Assembly (NCBI GenBank): GCA_031458695.1
Contig: JAVKJW010000002.1
Location: forward strand, 96,001-160,000
Length of the DNA: 64,000 nt
Direction: 5' to 3'
Source: Candidatus Thermofontivivens primus
GTDB lineage: Bacteria; Sysuimicrobiota; Sysuimicrobiia; Sysuimicrobiales; Thermofontiviventaceae
A program made the translations under genes and the position numbers. The notes below the pieces were generated by a model, which was not told where the DNA came from, ran no database searches, and saw only the letters and a program-made list of their open reading frames with translations. Of this stretch, positions 19,066-29,580 are shown in pieces. Position 1 is the first letter of the stretch, and each line of letters begins with the position of its first letter.

Positions 19066-19599
19066 GTGAAGCAGTTGACAAGGGTCGTCATCGAGCCCAT
19101 GCGGGTGGAACATCTCCCCCGCGTGCTGGAGATTGAACGCGTCTCCTTCCCCACGCCGTGGCCACAGGATGCCTATCTTCAGGAGATCAGAGGAAACCGC
19201 TTAGCGAGCTACATTGTGGCCAAGGTGGAAGAGGAAGTGGTGGGATACGCTGGGATGTGGGTCATCCTCGATGAAGCCCATATCACCACAATTGCTGTCG
19301 ACCCTCGGTACCGGCGACAATCCATAGGGGAGCGGCTGCTCCTTGCCCTGATCGAGGAAGCAATACGCCGGGGTGCCCGGTGGATGACTCTAGAGGTCCG
19401 CAAGTCCAACACGGCAGCCCAGGCCCTCTACCGCAAGTACGGGTTCCGGGACATCGGGGTTCGCCGGGGATACTACAGTGACAACCGCGAGGATGCCATT
19501 GTGATGTGGGCTGGGGTGCTTCAGGAACCCCACTTCCAGAATCACCTGAACGCCTTGCGGGCGAAGCTGGAAGGGAGCGACCCCATAGATGATGGGTGA
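19066..19599 (+). CDS. rimI: Ribosomal protein S18 alanine N-acetyltransferase
   Basis: SFPTPW, EAHITTIAV, LEVRKSN, RRGYYSDNREDAIVM. Confidence 0.93.
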   Translation: MKQLTRVVIEPMRVEHLPRVLEIERVSFPTPWPQDAYLQEIRGNRLASYIVAKVEEEVVGYAGMWVILDEAHITTIAVDPRYRRQSIGERLLLALIEEAIRRGARWMTLEVRKSNTAAQALYRKYGFRDIGVRRGYYSDNREDAIVMWAGVLQEPHFQNHLNALRAKLEGSDPIDDG

Positions 19600-19640
19600 C
19601 AAGGTGACAGGGTGACAAGGTGACAGGGTTGACAGGGTGA
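19593..19640 (+). repeat. 8-bp tandem repeat (ARGGTGAC) x6
   Basis: TGGGTGAC AAGGTGAC AGGGTGAC AAGGTGAC AGGGTTGAC AGGGTGA. Confidence 0.9.
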
Positions 19641-19654
19641 TTGGGAGAAAGTCC

Positions 19655-20656
19655 ATGCTGGTGCTTGGGATCGAGACGTCGTGCGATGAGACTGCTGCAG
19701 CGGTTGTGGAGGATGGCCGGATCATCCGCTCGAATGTGGTTGCCTCCCAGGTGGATCTGCATGCACGCTTCGGTGGGGTTGTCCCCGAGCTTGCCTCCCG
19801 CAAGCATATGGAACGGATCTTCCCCGTTCTCGACGAGGCCCTCGAGCAGGCCAGGGTGAGCTACAGAGAACTCCAAGGGGTGGCCGTGACCATTGGGCCG
19901 GGGCTCATGGGTGCCCTCACCGTAGGTGTCGCTGCCGCCAAGGCGCTGGCATTCAGCAGAGGGCTTCCCCTCGTTGGGGTGAACCACTTGCTTGGGCACA
20001 TCTATGCGAATTTTCTTGAGCACGGGGAGATCCCCCTCCCAGCCCTCGCTTTGGTCGTTTCAGGTGCTCACTCAGATCTCATCCTCATGAAGGAACATGC
20101 TTCCTACCAGATCCTGGGCCGGACGCGGGACGATGCCGCCGGGGAGGCTTTTGACAAAGTCGCCCGCGCGATGGGCCTCGGTTATCCAGGGGGTCCGGCG
20201 ATCGACCGGCTTGCCCGTGCGGGTGACCCCTATGCCATCCCGCTTCCGCGGCCTTTTGCGGAAGTTGACTCCCTCGACTTCAGCTTTAGCGGGATCAAGA
20301 CGGCCGTCCTCCGGGTGCTCCACAGGAACCCCTCGCCGGATCCTTCCTTTCTCGCCAACCTTGCCGCTTCCTTCCAGCGTGTGGTCGTGGAAACCCTGAT
20401 CGAAAAGACTATGCGCGCAGCCCGGAGGGTTTCCCCGAAGGCTATCTTGCTGGCAGGTGGGGTTGCGGCGAACTCCCTCCTGCGGGAGCAGATGGCAGAG
20501 GCCGTGGAGAAGCTGGGGCTTCCTTTCTACCGCCCTTCCCCCTCCCTGTGCACTGATAACGCCGCTATGATCGCTGCCTGCGGCTACTACCAGCTCCGCA
20601 GGGGGGAACGGGCTGCGCTCACCCTGGGCGCCTATGCAGACCTTCCCATCTCCTGA
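19655..20656 (+). CDS. tsaD: tRNA N6-adenosine threonylcarbamoyltransferase
   Basis: LGIETSCDET, GGVVPELASRKH, HLLGH, DDAAGEAFDK, CTDNAAMI. Confidence 0.97.
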   Translation: MLVLGIETSCDETAAAVVEDGRIIRSNVVASQVDLHARFGGVVPELASRKHMERIFPVLDEALEQARVSYRELQGVAVTIGPGLMGALTVGVAAAKALAFSRGLPLVGVNHLLGHIYANFLEHGEIPLPALALVVSGAHSDLILMKEHASYQILGRTRDDAAGEAFDKVARAMGLGYPGGPAIDRLARAGDPYAIPLPRPFAEVDSLDFSFSGIKTAVLRVLHRNPSPDPSFLANLAASFQRVVVETLIEKTMRAARRVSPKAILLAGGVAANSLLREQMAEAVEKLGLPFYRPSPSLCTDNAAMIAACGYYQLRRGERAALTLGAYADLPIS

Positions 20657-20775
20657 AGCGGAAGGTCCTTCCTGGGCCCCTCCTGTTTCCTTTAGAAATC
20701 TTGAAAAAGAACGAGCTTTTCCAAGAGAGTGTGGGCAAATTCGGCCAAATTTACTTAACTCGGTTATCTAAGGGT

Positions 20776-20804
20776 TTGATTGGGTCTTCTTCCTTGCCTA
20801 TGAT
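20776..20804 (+). promoter_or_regulatory. groESL promoter
   Basis: TTGATT-N17-TATGAT just upstream of CIRCE. Confidence 0.7.
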
Positions 20805-20814
20805 GGTGGGTGGA

Positions 20815-20841
20815 TTAGCACTCTCAGGGTGAGAGTGCTAA
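20815..20841 (+). promoter_or_regulatory. CIRCE element (HrcA operator)
   Basis: Perfect TTAGCACTC-N9-GAGTGCTAA. Confidence 0.97.
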
Positions 20842-20959
20842 TTCTTCCTGCAAAACCCTGGAGATACGCGAGGAACGTGTAACCTCCTTCCCGCTTTGGG
20901 AAGGAAACGCGCCGAGATATACGTTCTCACCATTCACGCTCAGAGGGGAGGGATGGAAG

Positions 20960-21271
20960 ATGAAGTTACGTCCGCTTGGAGACCGGGTTGTCGTGAAGCC
21001 CATCGAGGAGGAGGAGAGGACACCTGGAGGGATTGTCCTCCCAGATGTCGCCAAGGAGAAACCCCAGCAGGGAGAGGTGGTTGCAGTCGGCCCCGGGGAG
21101 CTGAACGAACGGGGAGAGCGCAATCCGATGGATGTCAAGGTAGGTGACCGGGTGATCTACTCCAAGTATGCGGGGACGGAAGTGAAGCTGGGGGAGGAAC
21201 AGTACCTCATCCTCCGACAGAGCGACATCCTGGCGATTGTGGAGAAAGAAGCAGCGCCGGCAAAGAAGTGA
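20960..21271 (+). CDS. groES: Co-chaperonin GroES
   Basis: [29 protein letters not shown]. Confidence 0.98.
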   Translation: MKLRPLGDRVVVKPIEEEERTPGGIVLPDVAKEKPQQGEVVAVGPGELNERGERNPMDVKVGDRVIYSKYAGTEVKLGEEQYLILRQSDILAIVEKEAAPAKK

Positions 21272-21301
21272 GACAGGTTGCCCCGCAGACTCTATGGATG
21301 A

Positions 21302-22924
<1,623 letters not shown>

Positions 22925-22945
22925 GTTCCTCAGGATGTCCTGAAC

Positions 22946-22989
22946 AAGCTTGGGAGCCTGGAGGGAATTCCCTCCAGGCTCCCAAGCTT
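22946..22989. terminator. Perfect 44-bp palindrome after groEL (probable terminator)
   Basis: AAGCTTGGGAGCCTGGAGGGAA|TTCCCTCCAGGCTCCCAAGCTT. Confidence 0.75.
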
Positions 22990-23036
22990 TCCCCACCCTC
23001 CTCGAGCATCCCATCGTGCACGCGATGCCCCATGAA

Positions 23037-23053
23037 GCTAAAATCCGAACATT
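23037..23053 (+). promoter_or_regulatory. PurBox 1 (PurR site)
   Basis: GCTAAAATCCGAACATT contains the AWWWCCGAACWWT PurBox consensus. Confidence 0.85.
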
Positions 23054-23065
23054 ACCCTACGTATC

Positions 23066-23094
23066 TTGACATAGCATTTGCCTTCTGATACTAT
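23066..23094 (+). promoter_or_regulatory. pur operon promoter
   Basis: TTGACA-N17-TACTAT with extended -10 TG. Confidence 0.85.
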
Positions 23095-23130
23095 TTCCCC
23101 GGGTTTAGGTGTTGTTCCAAGTTCCTTTTC

Positions 23131-23147
23131 GCTAAAATCCGAACATT
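23131..23147 (+). promoter_or_regulatory. PurBox 2 (PurR site)
   Basis: Identical 17-bp direct repeat GCTAAAATCCGAACATT. Confidence 0.85.
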
Positions 23148-23162
23148 CCTCGAAGGTGCGGG

Positions 23163-24998
23163 ATGAATGTCCTGGTCATCGGTTCTGGGGGTAGGGAACA
23201 TGCCCTGGTCTGGGCACTAAGCCGGAGCCCCCGGATCAAAAAGATCTACTGCTGTCCAGGGAACCCCGGGATCGCTGCTCTCGCTGAAACCCTCCCCATC
23301 GCCCCCACAGATATTCCCGCCCTTGTCCGGGGGGCAGAGGAACTTTCCATCGACCTCACCGTGGTTGGGCCGGAAGCACCGTTGGTTTTGGGCATCGTGG
23401 ACGCCTTTCAGGAGAAGGGTTTGCGGATCTTCGGCCCTACGGCAGCCGCAAGCCTCCTTGAGGGGAGCAAGGTCTTCGCGAAAATGCTGATGCGCCGCTA
23501 CGGGATCCCCACGGCACAGTTCTGGACGTTTTCCGACCCCCTAAAAGCAAAGGCCTTTGTCCGCAAGGCCCATCGTCCCCTTGTGGTGAAGGCAGATGGC
23601 CTTGCCGCAGGGAAGGGGGCGATCGTCGCCATGACGCCGGAAGAAGGGGAGCGCGCCGTCGGCATGCTCATGGAAGAACGCATCTTCGGGGAGAGCGGTG
23701 CACAGGTCGTCATTGAGGAGTTCCTTGAAGGAGAGGAAGTAAGCTTCTTTGCCCTTTCCGATGGGAGGACCGTCCTCCCTCTCCTGGCGGTCCGGGACCA
23801 TAAGCGCCTGCTGGACGGAGACCGCGGCCCGAACACAGGCGGGATGGGCGCGTACGCACCTGTCCCCTTCGTAGACGGAGCCCTGTCTGAGCGGATGATG
23901 CGGGAGGTCGTGGTCCCCACAGTGGAGGCGATGAACAAAGAGGGGCGGCCCTTTACGGGGGTTCTCTATGCTGGTCTCATGCTCACCGAGGACGGCCCCA
24001 AGGTTTTGGAGTTTAATGTGCGCTTTGGCGATCCCGAGGCCCAGGTCCTCCTCCCGCTGCTCCAGACCGATCTCCTGGACCTGTGCGAGGCGGTTGTAGA
24101 TGGCCAGCTGGATCGCCTCTCCGTGGTCTGGAAACCTGGGGCAGCGGCCTGTGTGGTCATGGCCTCAAGAGGGTATCCGGATCACGTGGAAACCGGGAGC
24201 ATCATCGAGGGGCTGGACGGCGAACAGCCTCCTGGGGTTTTGATCTTCCATGCTGGGACGGGATGGAAGGAGGGTAGGCTCGTTGCAACAGGCGGAAGGG
24301 TCCTGAATGTGGTGGGGCTTGGAGAAAACCTCCAAGAGGCCGTAGAGCGGGCCTACCAGGGCGTTGGGAGGATCCGGTTCGAGGGGATGCAGTACAGAAA
24401 GGATATCGGGTCAATCGCGTTCATGGGGTCTAATGCGTCTATGGAATCGCCTGGTTCCTTGGGTCATGGAGTCGTTGAGCCAACGGGTCTCTCAGACCGC
24501 AGACCTGATGAACCCGATAAGCCCGCCCTGGTTGGGATCGTGCTAGGGAGCGATTCTGATGCCCCCGTGATGGAGGAGACGGCCAGGATGCTCGAAAAAT
24601 TCGGGATCCCCTATGAAGTGACCATCGCTTCCGCCCATCGGTCTCCACGCAGGGCTCTCGCTTACGCTGAGGAAGCGGCGGCGCGTGGCCTGAAGGTCCT
24701 CATCGCGGCGGCTGGAGGAGCTGCACACCTTCCCGGGGTCCTGGCTTCCAGCACCCCACTCCCGGTGATTGGGGTCCCTATGGAGGCGACCCCGCTAGGA
24801 GGGCTGGATTCCCTCCTCTCGATGGTCCAGATGCCGGGTGGGGTCCCTGTTGCTGTGGTCAGCATAGGGAAGGCTGGCGCTCGCAATGCTGCCCTCCTTG
24901 CGGCTCGGATCCTAGGCACCACAGACGTGGAAATCCGCAGGCGCGTGGAGGCGTACATGGCAGAACTGGCAGCGGAGATTGCATCGAAGCGTGTATAG
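23163..24998 (+). CDS. purD-purE: Fused phosphoribosylamine-glycine ligase PurD / N5-CAIR mutase PurE
   Basis: PurD: GSGGREHAL, KADGLAAGKG, GPNTGGMG, EFNVRFGDPE; about 40-aa linker; PurE: GSDSD, SAHRSP, AAHLPG, VQMPGGVPV. Confidence 0.93.
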   Translation: MNVLVIGSGGREHALVWALSRSPRIKKIYCCPGNPGIAALAETLPIAPTDIPALVRGAEELSIDLTVVGPEAPLVLGIVDAFQEKGLRIFGPTAAASLLEGSKVFAKMLMRRYGIPTAQFWTFSDPLKAKAFVRKAHRPLVVKADGLAAGKGAIVAMTPEEGERAVGMLMEERIFGESGAQVVIEEFLEGEEVSFFALSDGRTVLPLLAVRDHKRLLDGDRGPNTGGMGAYAPVPFVDGALSERMMREVVVPTVEAMNKEGRPFTGVLYAGLMLTEDGPKVLEFNVRFGDPEAQVLLPLLQTDLLDLCEAVVDGQLDRLSVVWKPGAAACVVMASRGYPDHVETGSIIEGLDGEQPPGVLIFHAGTGWKEGRLVATGGRVLNVVGLGENLQEAVERAYQGVGRIRFEGMQYRKDIGSIAFMGSNASMESPGSLGHGVVEPTGLSDRRPDEPDKPALVGIVLGSDSDAPVMEETARMLEKFGIPYEVTIASAHRSPRRALAYAEEAAARGLKVLIAAAGGAAHLPGVLASSTPLPVIGVPMEATPLGGLDSLLSMVQMPGGVPVAVVSIGKAGARNAALLAARILGTTDVEIRRRVEAYMAELAAEIASKRV

Positions 24999-25110
24999 CG
25001 TTTCTCGCGTTCATTGCGTTTCTCGCGTTCATTGCGTTTCTTGCGTTTTGAAATGAAGTTCAACAAACGCGATCAACGCAAGAGACGCGATGAACGCCAT
25101 CAACGCGAAA
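24998..25110. repeat. Inverted pair of 9-bp tandem arrays
   Basis: (GCGTTTCTC GCGTTCATT)2 GCGTTTCTT GCGTTTT ... AAACGCGAT CAACGCAAG AGACGCGAT GAACGCCAT CAACGCGAA. Confidence 0.9.
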
Positions 25111-25123
25111 GGACGAAGTGAGG

Positions 25124-26425
25124 ATGCCTGTCACAGCTGTTGTCGGGGGACATTGGGGAGACGAGGGGAAGGGCAAGGTTGTGGACGCCTTGAGCCGGAG
25201 CGCGGACATGGTCATCCGTTACAACGGCGGGAACAACGCGGGCCACACCGTGGTCAACGAGTACGGCACCTTCCGCCTCCACCTCGTCCCCGGCGGGATC
25301 TTCAACCCGGAGGCAGATTGTATTATCGGTCCTGGCACGGTAGTGAACCCTGATGCCCTCCTCAAGGAAATCGGGGAACTCGAAGCCCACGGGATCTCCA
25401 CAGAACGCCTGTACATCTCCGACAGGGCGCACATCGTCCTCCCCCACCACATTCTCATCGACGTCCTAGAGGAACGAGCCAGGGGACCGAAACCCCACGG
25501 GACCACCAAGCAAGGGATCTGGCCTGTCTACGCGGACAAAGCGAGCAGGATCGGTCTCCGCATGGGCGATCTCCTCGAGGAAGAGTACCTGGCAGAGCAC
25601 CTCTCCTGGATTGTGGCGAGGAAGGGTGCTCAACTTCAGGGGGTCTATGGATACCTTCCCCTGGAATACGAGGAGGTCATGGCCAAGTGTCGCCAGTGGC
25701 GGGAGCAGCTTGCTCCCCGCATCGTAGACATTCTCCCTATGGTCCAGCGTGCCCTGCGGGAGGACCGGCACATCCTTCTGGAAGGGCACCTGGGGGTGAT
25801 GCGGGATCTTGATTGGGGGATCTACCCATACGTGACCTCTTCCACTACCCTCCCCGGGGGAGCATGTGCTGGCGCAGGGATCCCGCCTCAGGCGATTACC
25901 CGCGTCGTGGGCGTGGTGAAGGCCTACACCACTGCCGTCGGCGGTGGGCCCCTTCCTACGGAGATCTCCGGGGAGCTTGCCGACTTGCTCCGGGAGAGGG
26001 GGCAGGAGTATGGAGCGACCACGGGCAGACCCAGACGGTGCGGGTGGTTTGACGGGGTGGCCGCGCGGTACGCCGCGCAGGTGGCTGGGTTCACGGACCT
26101 TGCCGTGATGAAGCTGGATGTTCTCGATGGGATGGAGACGGTCAAGATCTGTACAGCCTACCGGCTGGGGGACAGGGTCCTCGAGACCGTGCCCCATACG
26201 GCTGCCTTAGAGAGGGTCCAGCCTGTCTACGAGGAACTCCCGGGGTGGCGCGGGCCCTGCAGGGGAGTGCGGGAGTACGAGGATCTCCCTCCTGAGGCGA
26301 AGGCGTTCCTCCGGCGCATCGAGGAGGTCGTGGGCGTCCCAATCTCTCTCATTGGGGTAGGGCCCGGGCGCGAGGAGATGATCGAGATTTCCCCCTTCTC
26401 CCCTGTGGGGAGAAGGCGCAAGTGA
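25124..26425 (+). CDS. purA: Adenylosuccinate synthase
   Basis: WGDEGKGK, GGNNAGHTV, YPYVTSS, EYGATTGRPRRCGW, KLDVLD. Confidence 0.95.
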   Translation: MPVTAVVGGHWGDEGKGKVVDALSRSADMVIRYNGGNNAGHTVVNEYGTFRLHLVPGGIFNPEADCIIGPGTVVNPDALLKEIGELEAHGISTERLYISDRAHIVLPHHILIDVLEERARGPKPHGTTKQGIWPVYADKASRIGLRMGDLLEEEYLAEHLSWIVARKGAQLQGVYGYLPLEYEEVMAKCRQWREQLAPRIVDILPMVQRALREDRHILLEGHLGVMRDLDWGIYPYVTSSTTLPGGACAGAGIPPQAITRVVGVVKAYTTAVGGGPLPTEISGELADLLRERGQEYGATTGRPRRCGWFDGVAARYAAQVAGFTDLAVMKLDVLDGMETVKICTAYRLGDRVLETVPHTAALERVQPVYEELPGWRGPCRGVREYEDLPPEAKAFLRRIEEVVGVPISLIGVGPGREEMIEISPFSPVGRRRK

Positions 26426-26437
26426 GGGGGTGAGGAG

Positions 26438-27739
26438 ATGATCCCCCGGTACACCACACCAGAGATGCGGAGGTTATGGAGCCCGCAGGCGAAGTTCCAG
26501 ACCTGGCTCAACATCGAAGTCCTGGCCTGTGAGGCCATGGGGGAGCTGGGGTTGATCCCTCTGGACGCGGCGCGGCGCATCCGCGAGCGCGCCAGGCTCG
26601 GCTCCATCCGGCGCATCGAGGAGATCGAGGAGAAGGAGACCAAGCACGACGTCGTGGCCTTCCTGCGCGTCGTCTCCGAGAGCCTCGGAGAGGATGCGCG
26701 CTACCTGCACTTCGGCCTTGGATCCTCAGATATTGTGGACACAGCCCAGGCTGTGCTCATGAAGAGAGCCGCCGACATTCTTCTCCGGGACCTCCAGGTC
26801 CTGATGGGGGAGGTCCAGCGCCTCGCCGTGGAACACCGGTACACTCTGATGGTCGGGAGAACCCACGGCGTCCATGCGGAACCCATCACCTTCGGGCTCA
26901 AGATGGCCCTTTGGCTCGCAGAGCTCCAGCGCCACCAAAGGCGCCTGGAACAAGCGCGGGAGGCGATTGCCGTGGGCAAGCTCTCGGGGGAAGTGGGGAC
27001 CTACGCCCACCTCGACCCGAGGGTCGAGGCGTACGTGTGTGAAAAGCTTGGGCTTAAGCCGGCCCCTGTTTCCTCTCAGGTCCTCCAGCGAGACCGCCAC
27101 GCCGAGTACATGACCGCCCTGGCACTCCTGGCCAGCTCCCTTGAGAAATTCGCGACGGAGATCCGCAACCTCCAACGGACGGAGATCCGCGAGGTGGAGG
27201 AGCCCTTCCAGGCCGGGCAAACGGGGTCCTCGGCAATGCCCCACAAGCGCAACCCTATTCTCTGCGAACGTATCGCTGGGCTTGCACGTTTGGTGCGGGC
27301 CTACGCCCTTGCTGCCATGGAGAACGTCGCCCTTTGGCACGAGCGCGACATCACCCATTCCTCTGTGGAGCGGGTGGCTATCCCTGATGCCACTTCCCTT
27401 GTGCACTACATGCTCCGGAAATTCACCTCTGTCCTCCGGGGTCTCCAGGTGTACCCCGAGCAGATGCGAAGGAACTTGGAGAGAACAGGAGGGTTGATCT
27501 TCTCCCACCGCCTGTTGCTCCGGCTCGTGGAGAAAGGCCTATCCAGGGAGGAGGCTTACGCCACAGTCCAAAACGCCGCGATGAAGGCGTGGCGAGGGGA
27601 GGAGAGCTTCCAGGAGGCGCTCCTCGCTTCGGGCGCGTTCTCCCCGAGCGAGCTCGCGGAGTGTTTCGACGCCCGATGGGCGCTTCGGTATATCGATGAG
27701 ATTTACCAAAAGGTAGGGATTGCTCATGCTGGGGATTGA
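26438..27739 (+). CDS. purB: Adenylosuccinate lyase
   Basis: MIPRY, GRTHGVHAEP, GSSAMPHKRNP, HERDITHSSVER. Confidence 0.97.
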   Translation: MIPRYTTPEMRRLWSPQAKFQTWLNIEVLACEAMGELGLIPLDAARRIRERARLGSIRRIEEIEEKETKHDVVAFLRVVSESLGEDARYLHFGLGSSDIVDTAQAVLMKRAADILLRDLQVLMGEVQRLAVEHRYTLMVGRTHGVHAEPITFGLKMALWLAELQRHQRRLEQAREAIAVGKLSGEVGTYAHLDPRVEAYVCEKLGLKPAPVSSQVLQRDRHAEYMTALALLASSLEKFATEIRNLQRTEIREVEEPFQAGQTGSSAMPHKRNPILCERIAGLARLVRAYALAAMENVALWHERDITHSSVERVAIPDATSLVHYMLRKFTSVLRGLQVYPEQMRRNLERTGGLIFSHRLLLRLVEKGLSREEAYATVQNAAMKAWRGEESFQEALLASGAFSPSELAECFDARWALRYIDEIYQKVGIAHAGD

Positions 27740-28628
27740 AGAGTTTGGCCATTCTGCGCTTGCATCCACCGATCTGCCCCTTCCTCTCTATGCCAGGGGA
27801 AAGGTGCGGGATATCTACGACCTCGGGGAAGCGCTCTTGATGGTTGCCACCGATCGCATCTCCGCCTTCGATTGCATCCTGCCCACGCCGATTCCCGGGA
27901 AGGGTCAGGTCCTGACGAAGCTCTCCGCGTACTGGTTTGAGGCCACCCGCCCCATCGTGGAGAACCACTTGATCACCACCGACACGGACGCCTTCCCCTC
28001 CACCTTGCTTCCCCACCGTGACCTCCTTGCGGGCCGGGCGATGCTGGTGCGGAAGGCGAAGCCCATTGAGGTGGAGTGCGTTGTGCGGGGATACCTGGCG
28101 GGATCGGCCTGGAGAGAATACACCCAGACGAGGGAAGTGTGCGGGATCCCTCTCCCTGAAGGGCTTCGGGAGGGAGATCGCTTGCCCCAGCCAATTTTCA
28201 CCCCTGCGACGAAAGCGCGTCACGGGCACGATGAAAACATCACCTTTGTGCAAATGGCTGAGGTTGTCGGAGAAAAGCTCGCGCAGGAACTTCGAGAGCT
28301 GAGCCTCGCTTTGTATACCTTTGCCGAAGGTCGCCTCCGGGCCAAGGGCCTCATCCTCGCCGATACCAAGTTCGAGTTTGGAATCCTCGACGGAGAGGTC
28401 ATCTTGATCGACGAGCTCCTCACTCCCGATTCCTCCCGCATATGGGATGCCGAGGAGTACCGAGCTGGCCGTGCCCGGGTGGGGTTTGATAAACAGTATG
28501 TGCGCGACTACCTGGAATCCATTGGGTGGGACAAAAAACCCCCGGCTCCACCCCTCCCGCCCGAAGTGGTCGCTGCGACCCGCCGGCTTTATCTAGAGTG
28601 CTACCATCGGGTTGTTGGCTCCCGGTAG
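27726..28628 (+). CDS. purC: SAICAR synthetase
   Basis: GKVRDIY, TDRISAFD, ECVVRGYLAGS, ADTKFEFG, DELLTPDSSR. Confidence 0.97.
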   Translation: MLGIEEFGHSALASTDLPLPLYARGKVRDIYDLGEALLMVATDRISAFDCILPTPIPGKGQVLTKLSAYWFEATRPIVENHLITTDTDAFPSTLLPHRDLLAGRAMLVRKAKPIEVECVVRGYLAGSAWREYTQTREVCGIPLPEGLREGDRLPQPIFTPATKARHGHDENITFVQMAEVVGEKLAQELRELSLALYTFAEGRLRAKGLILADTKFEFGILDGEVILIDELLTPDSSRIWDAEEYRAGRARVGFDKQYVRDYLESIGWDKKPPAPPLPPEVVAATRRLYLECYHRVVGSR

Positions 28629-28635
28629 ACCAACG

Positions 28636-28869
28636 ATGGCGACGTTCCGGGTGATCATCACACTCAAGCCAGGGATCCTGGACGCGCAGGGGCAGGCGAT
28701 CCGAAGAGGGCTCCTGGCGCTGGGATTTGAAGGGATCCAGGAGGTTCGCACGGGCCGGTACTTGGAGATCGATGTCCCAGAGGGATGGGGGGAGGAGAAG
28801 ATTCGAGCGATGTGCGAGGGGTTGCTTGCCCACCCACTCGTAGAAGAGTACCGCCTCGAAGGGTGTTGA
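28636..28869 (+). CDS. purS: FGAM synthase subunit PurS
   Basis: LKPGILDAQG, VRTGRY, MCEGLLAHPLVEEY; between purC and purQ. Confidence 0.93.
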   Translation: MATFRVIITLKPGILDAQGQAIRRGLLALGFEGIQEVRTGRYLEIDVPEGWGEEKIRAMCEGLLAHPLVEEYRLEGC

Positions 28870-28881
28870 GGGAGGAGTGCC

Positions 28882-29580
28882 ATGCGATTTGGCGTCGTCA
28901 TTTTCCCCGGCTCGACATGCGACCAGGACTGTCTTTACGTCATCCGAAAGGTTCTTGGGGCTCCGGCAGTGCCAGTCTGGCACGCGTCCTCTAAGCTTCC
29001 CGAGGTGGACGTGGTCATCCTCCCAGGCGGATTTTCCTACGGGGACTACCTGCGTGCGGGGGCCATCGCAGCTACGAGTCCCGTGATGGGCGCCATTCGA
29101 CGCTTCGCCCAGGAGGGAGGTCTCGTTCTAGGGATCTGCAATGGCTTCCAGATCCTGGTCGAGGCAGGGCTATTACCCGGTGCTCTCCTCTCCAATCTCT
29201 CGACACGGTTCCTCTGCCGTACCGTCCACGTGCGTGTGGAAAATCCCCACACGCCCTTTACCAGGGCGTACCACCAGGGACAGGTTCTCCGGCTCCCCAT
29301 CGCTCATGCTGCCGGACGGTACTACGCGCCCTCTCCCCTCCTTACCGAGTTGGAGACCCGCGGGCAGGTCGTCTTCCGCTACTGTGATGAGGCCGGCCAG
29401 ACCACGCCAGAGGCGAACCCGAACGGGAGTGTCCATCACATCGCCGGAATCTGCAACGAACGCGGGAATGTCCTCGGGCTCATGCCGCACCCCGAGCGGT
29501 CCAGCGAGAGCGCGCTGGGTTCTGAAGACGGACTCCTCCTCTTCCACTCCCTCCTTCTGCAGGCCGAGGCCGTGAGATGA
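28882..29580 (+). CDS. purQ: FGAM synthase glutaminase subunit PurQ
   Basis: [26 protein letters not shown]. Confidence 0.97.
   Translation: MRFGVVIFPGSTCDQDCLYVIRKVLGAPAVPVWHASSKLPEVDVVILPGGFSYGDYLRAGAIAATSPVMGAIRRFAQEGGLVLGICNGFQILVEAGLLPGALLSNLSTRFLCRTVHVRVENPHTPFTRAYHQGQVLRLPIAHAAGRYYAPSPLLTELETRGQVVFRYCDEAGQTTPEANPNGSVHHIAGICNERGNVLGLMPHPERSSESALGSEDGLLLFHSLLLQAEAVR

Noticed and set aside
25124..26425. PurZ (Z-base synthesis) interpretation of the divergent PurA
   Set aside because: Catalytic Asp of GDEGKG is retained and the gene sits in the host pur operon with no phage context
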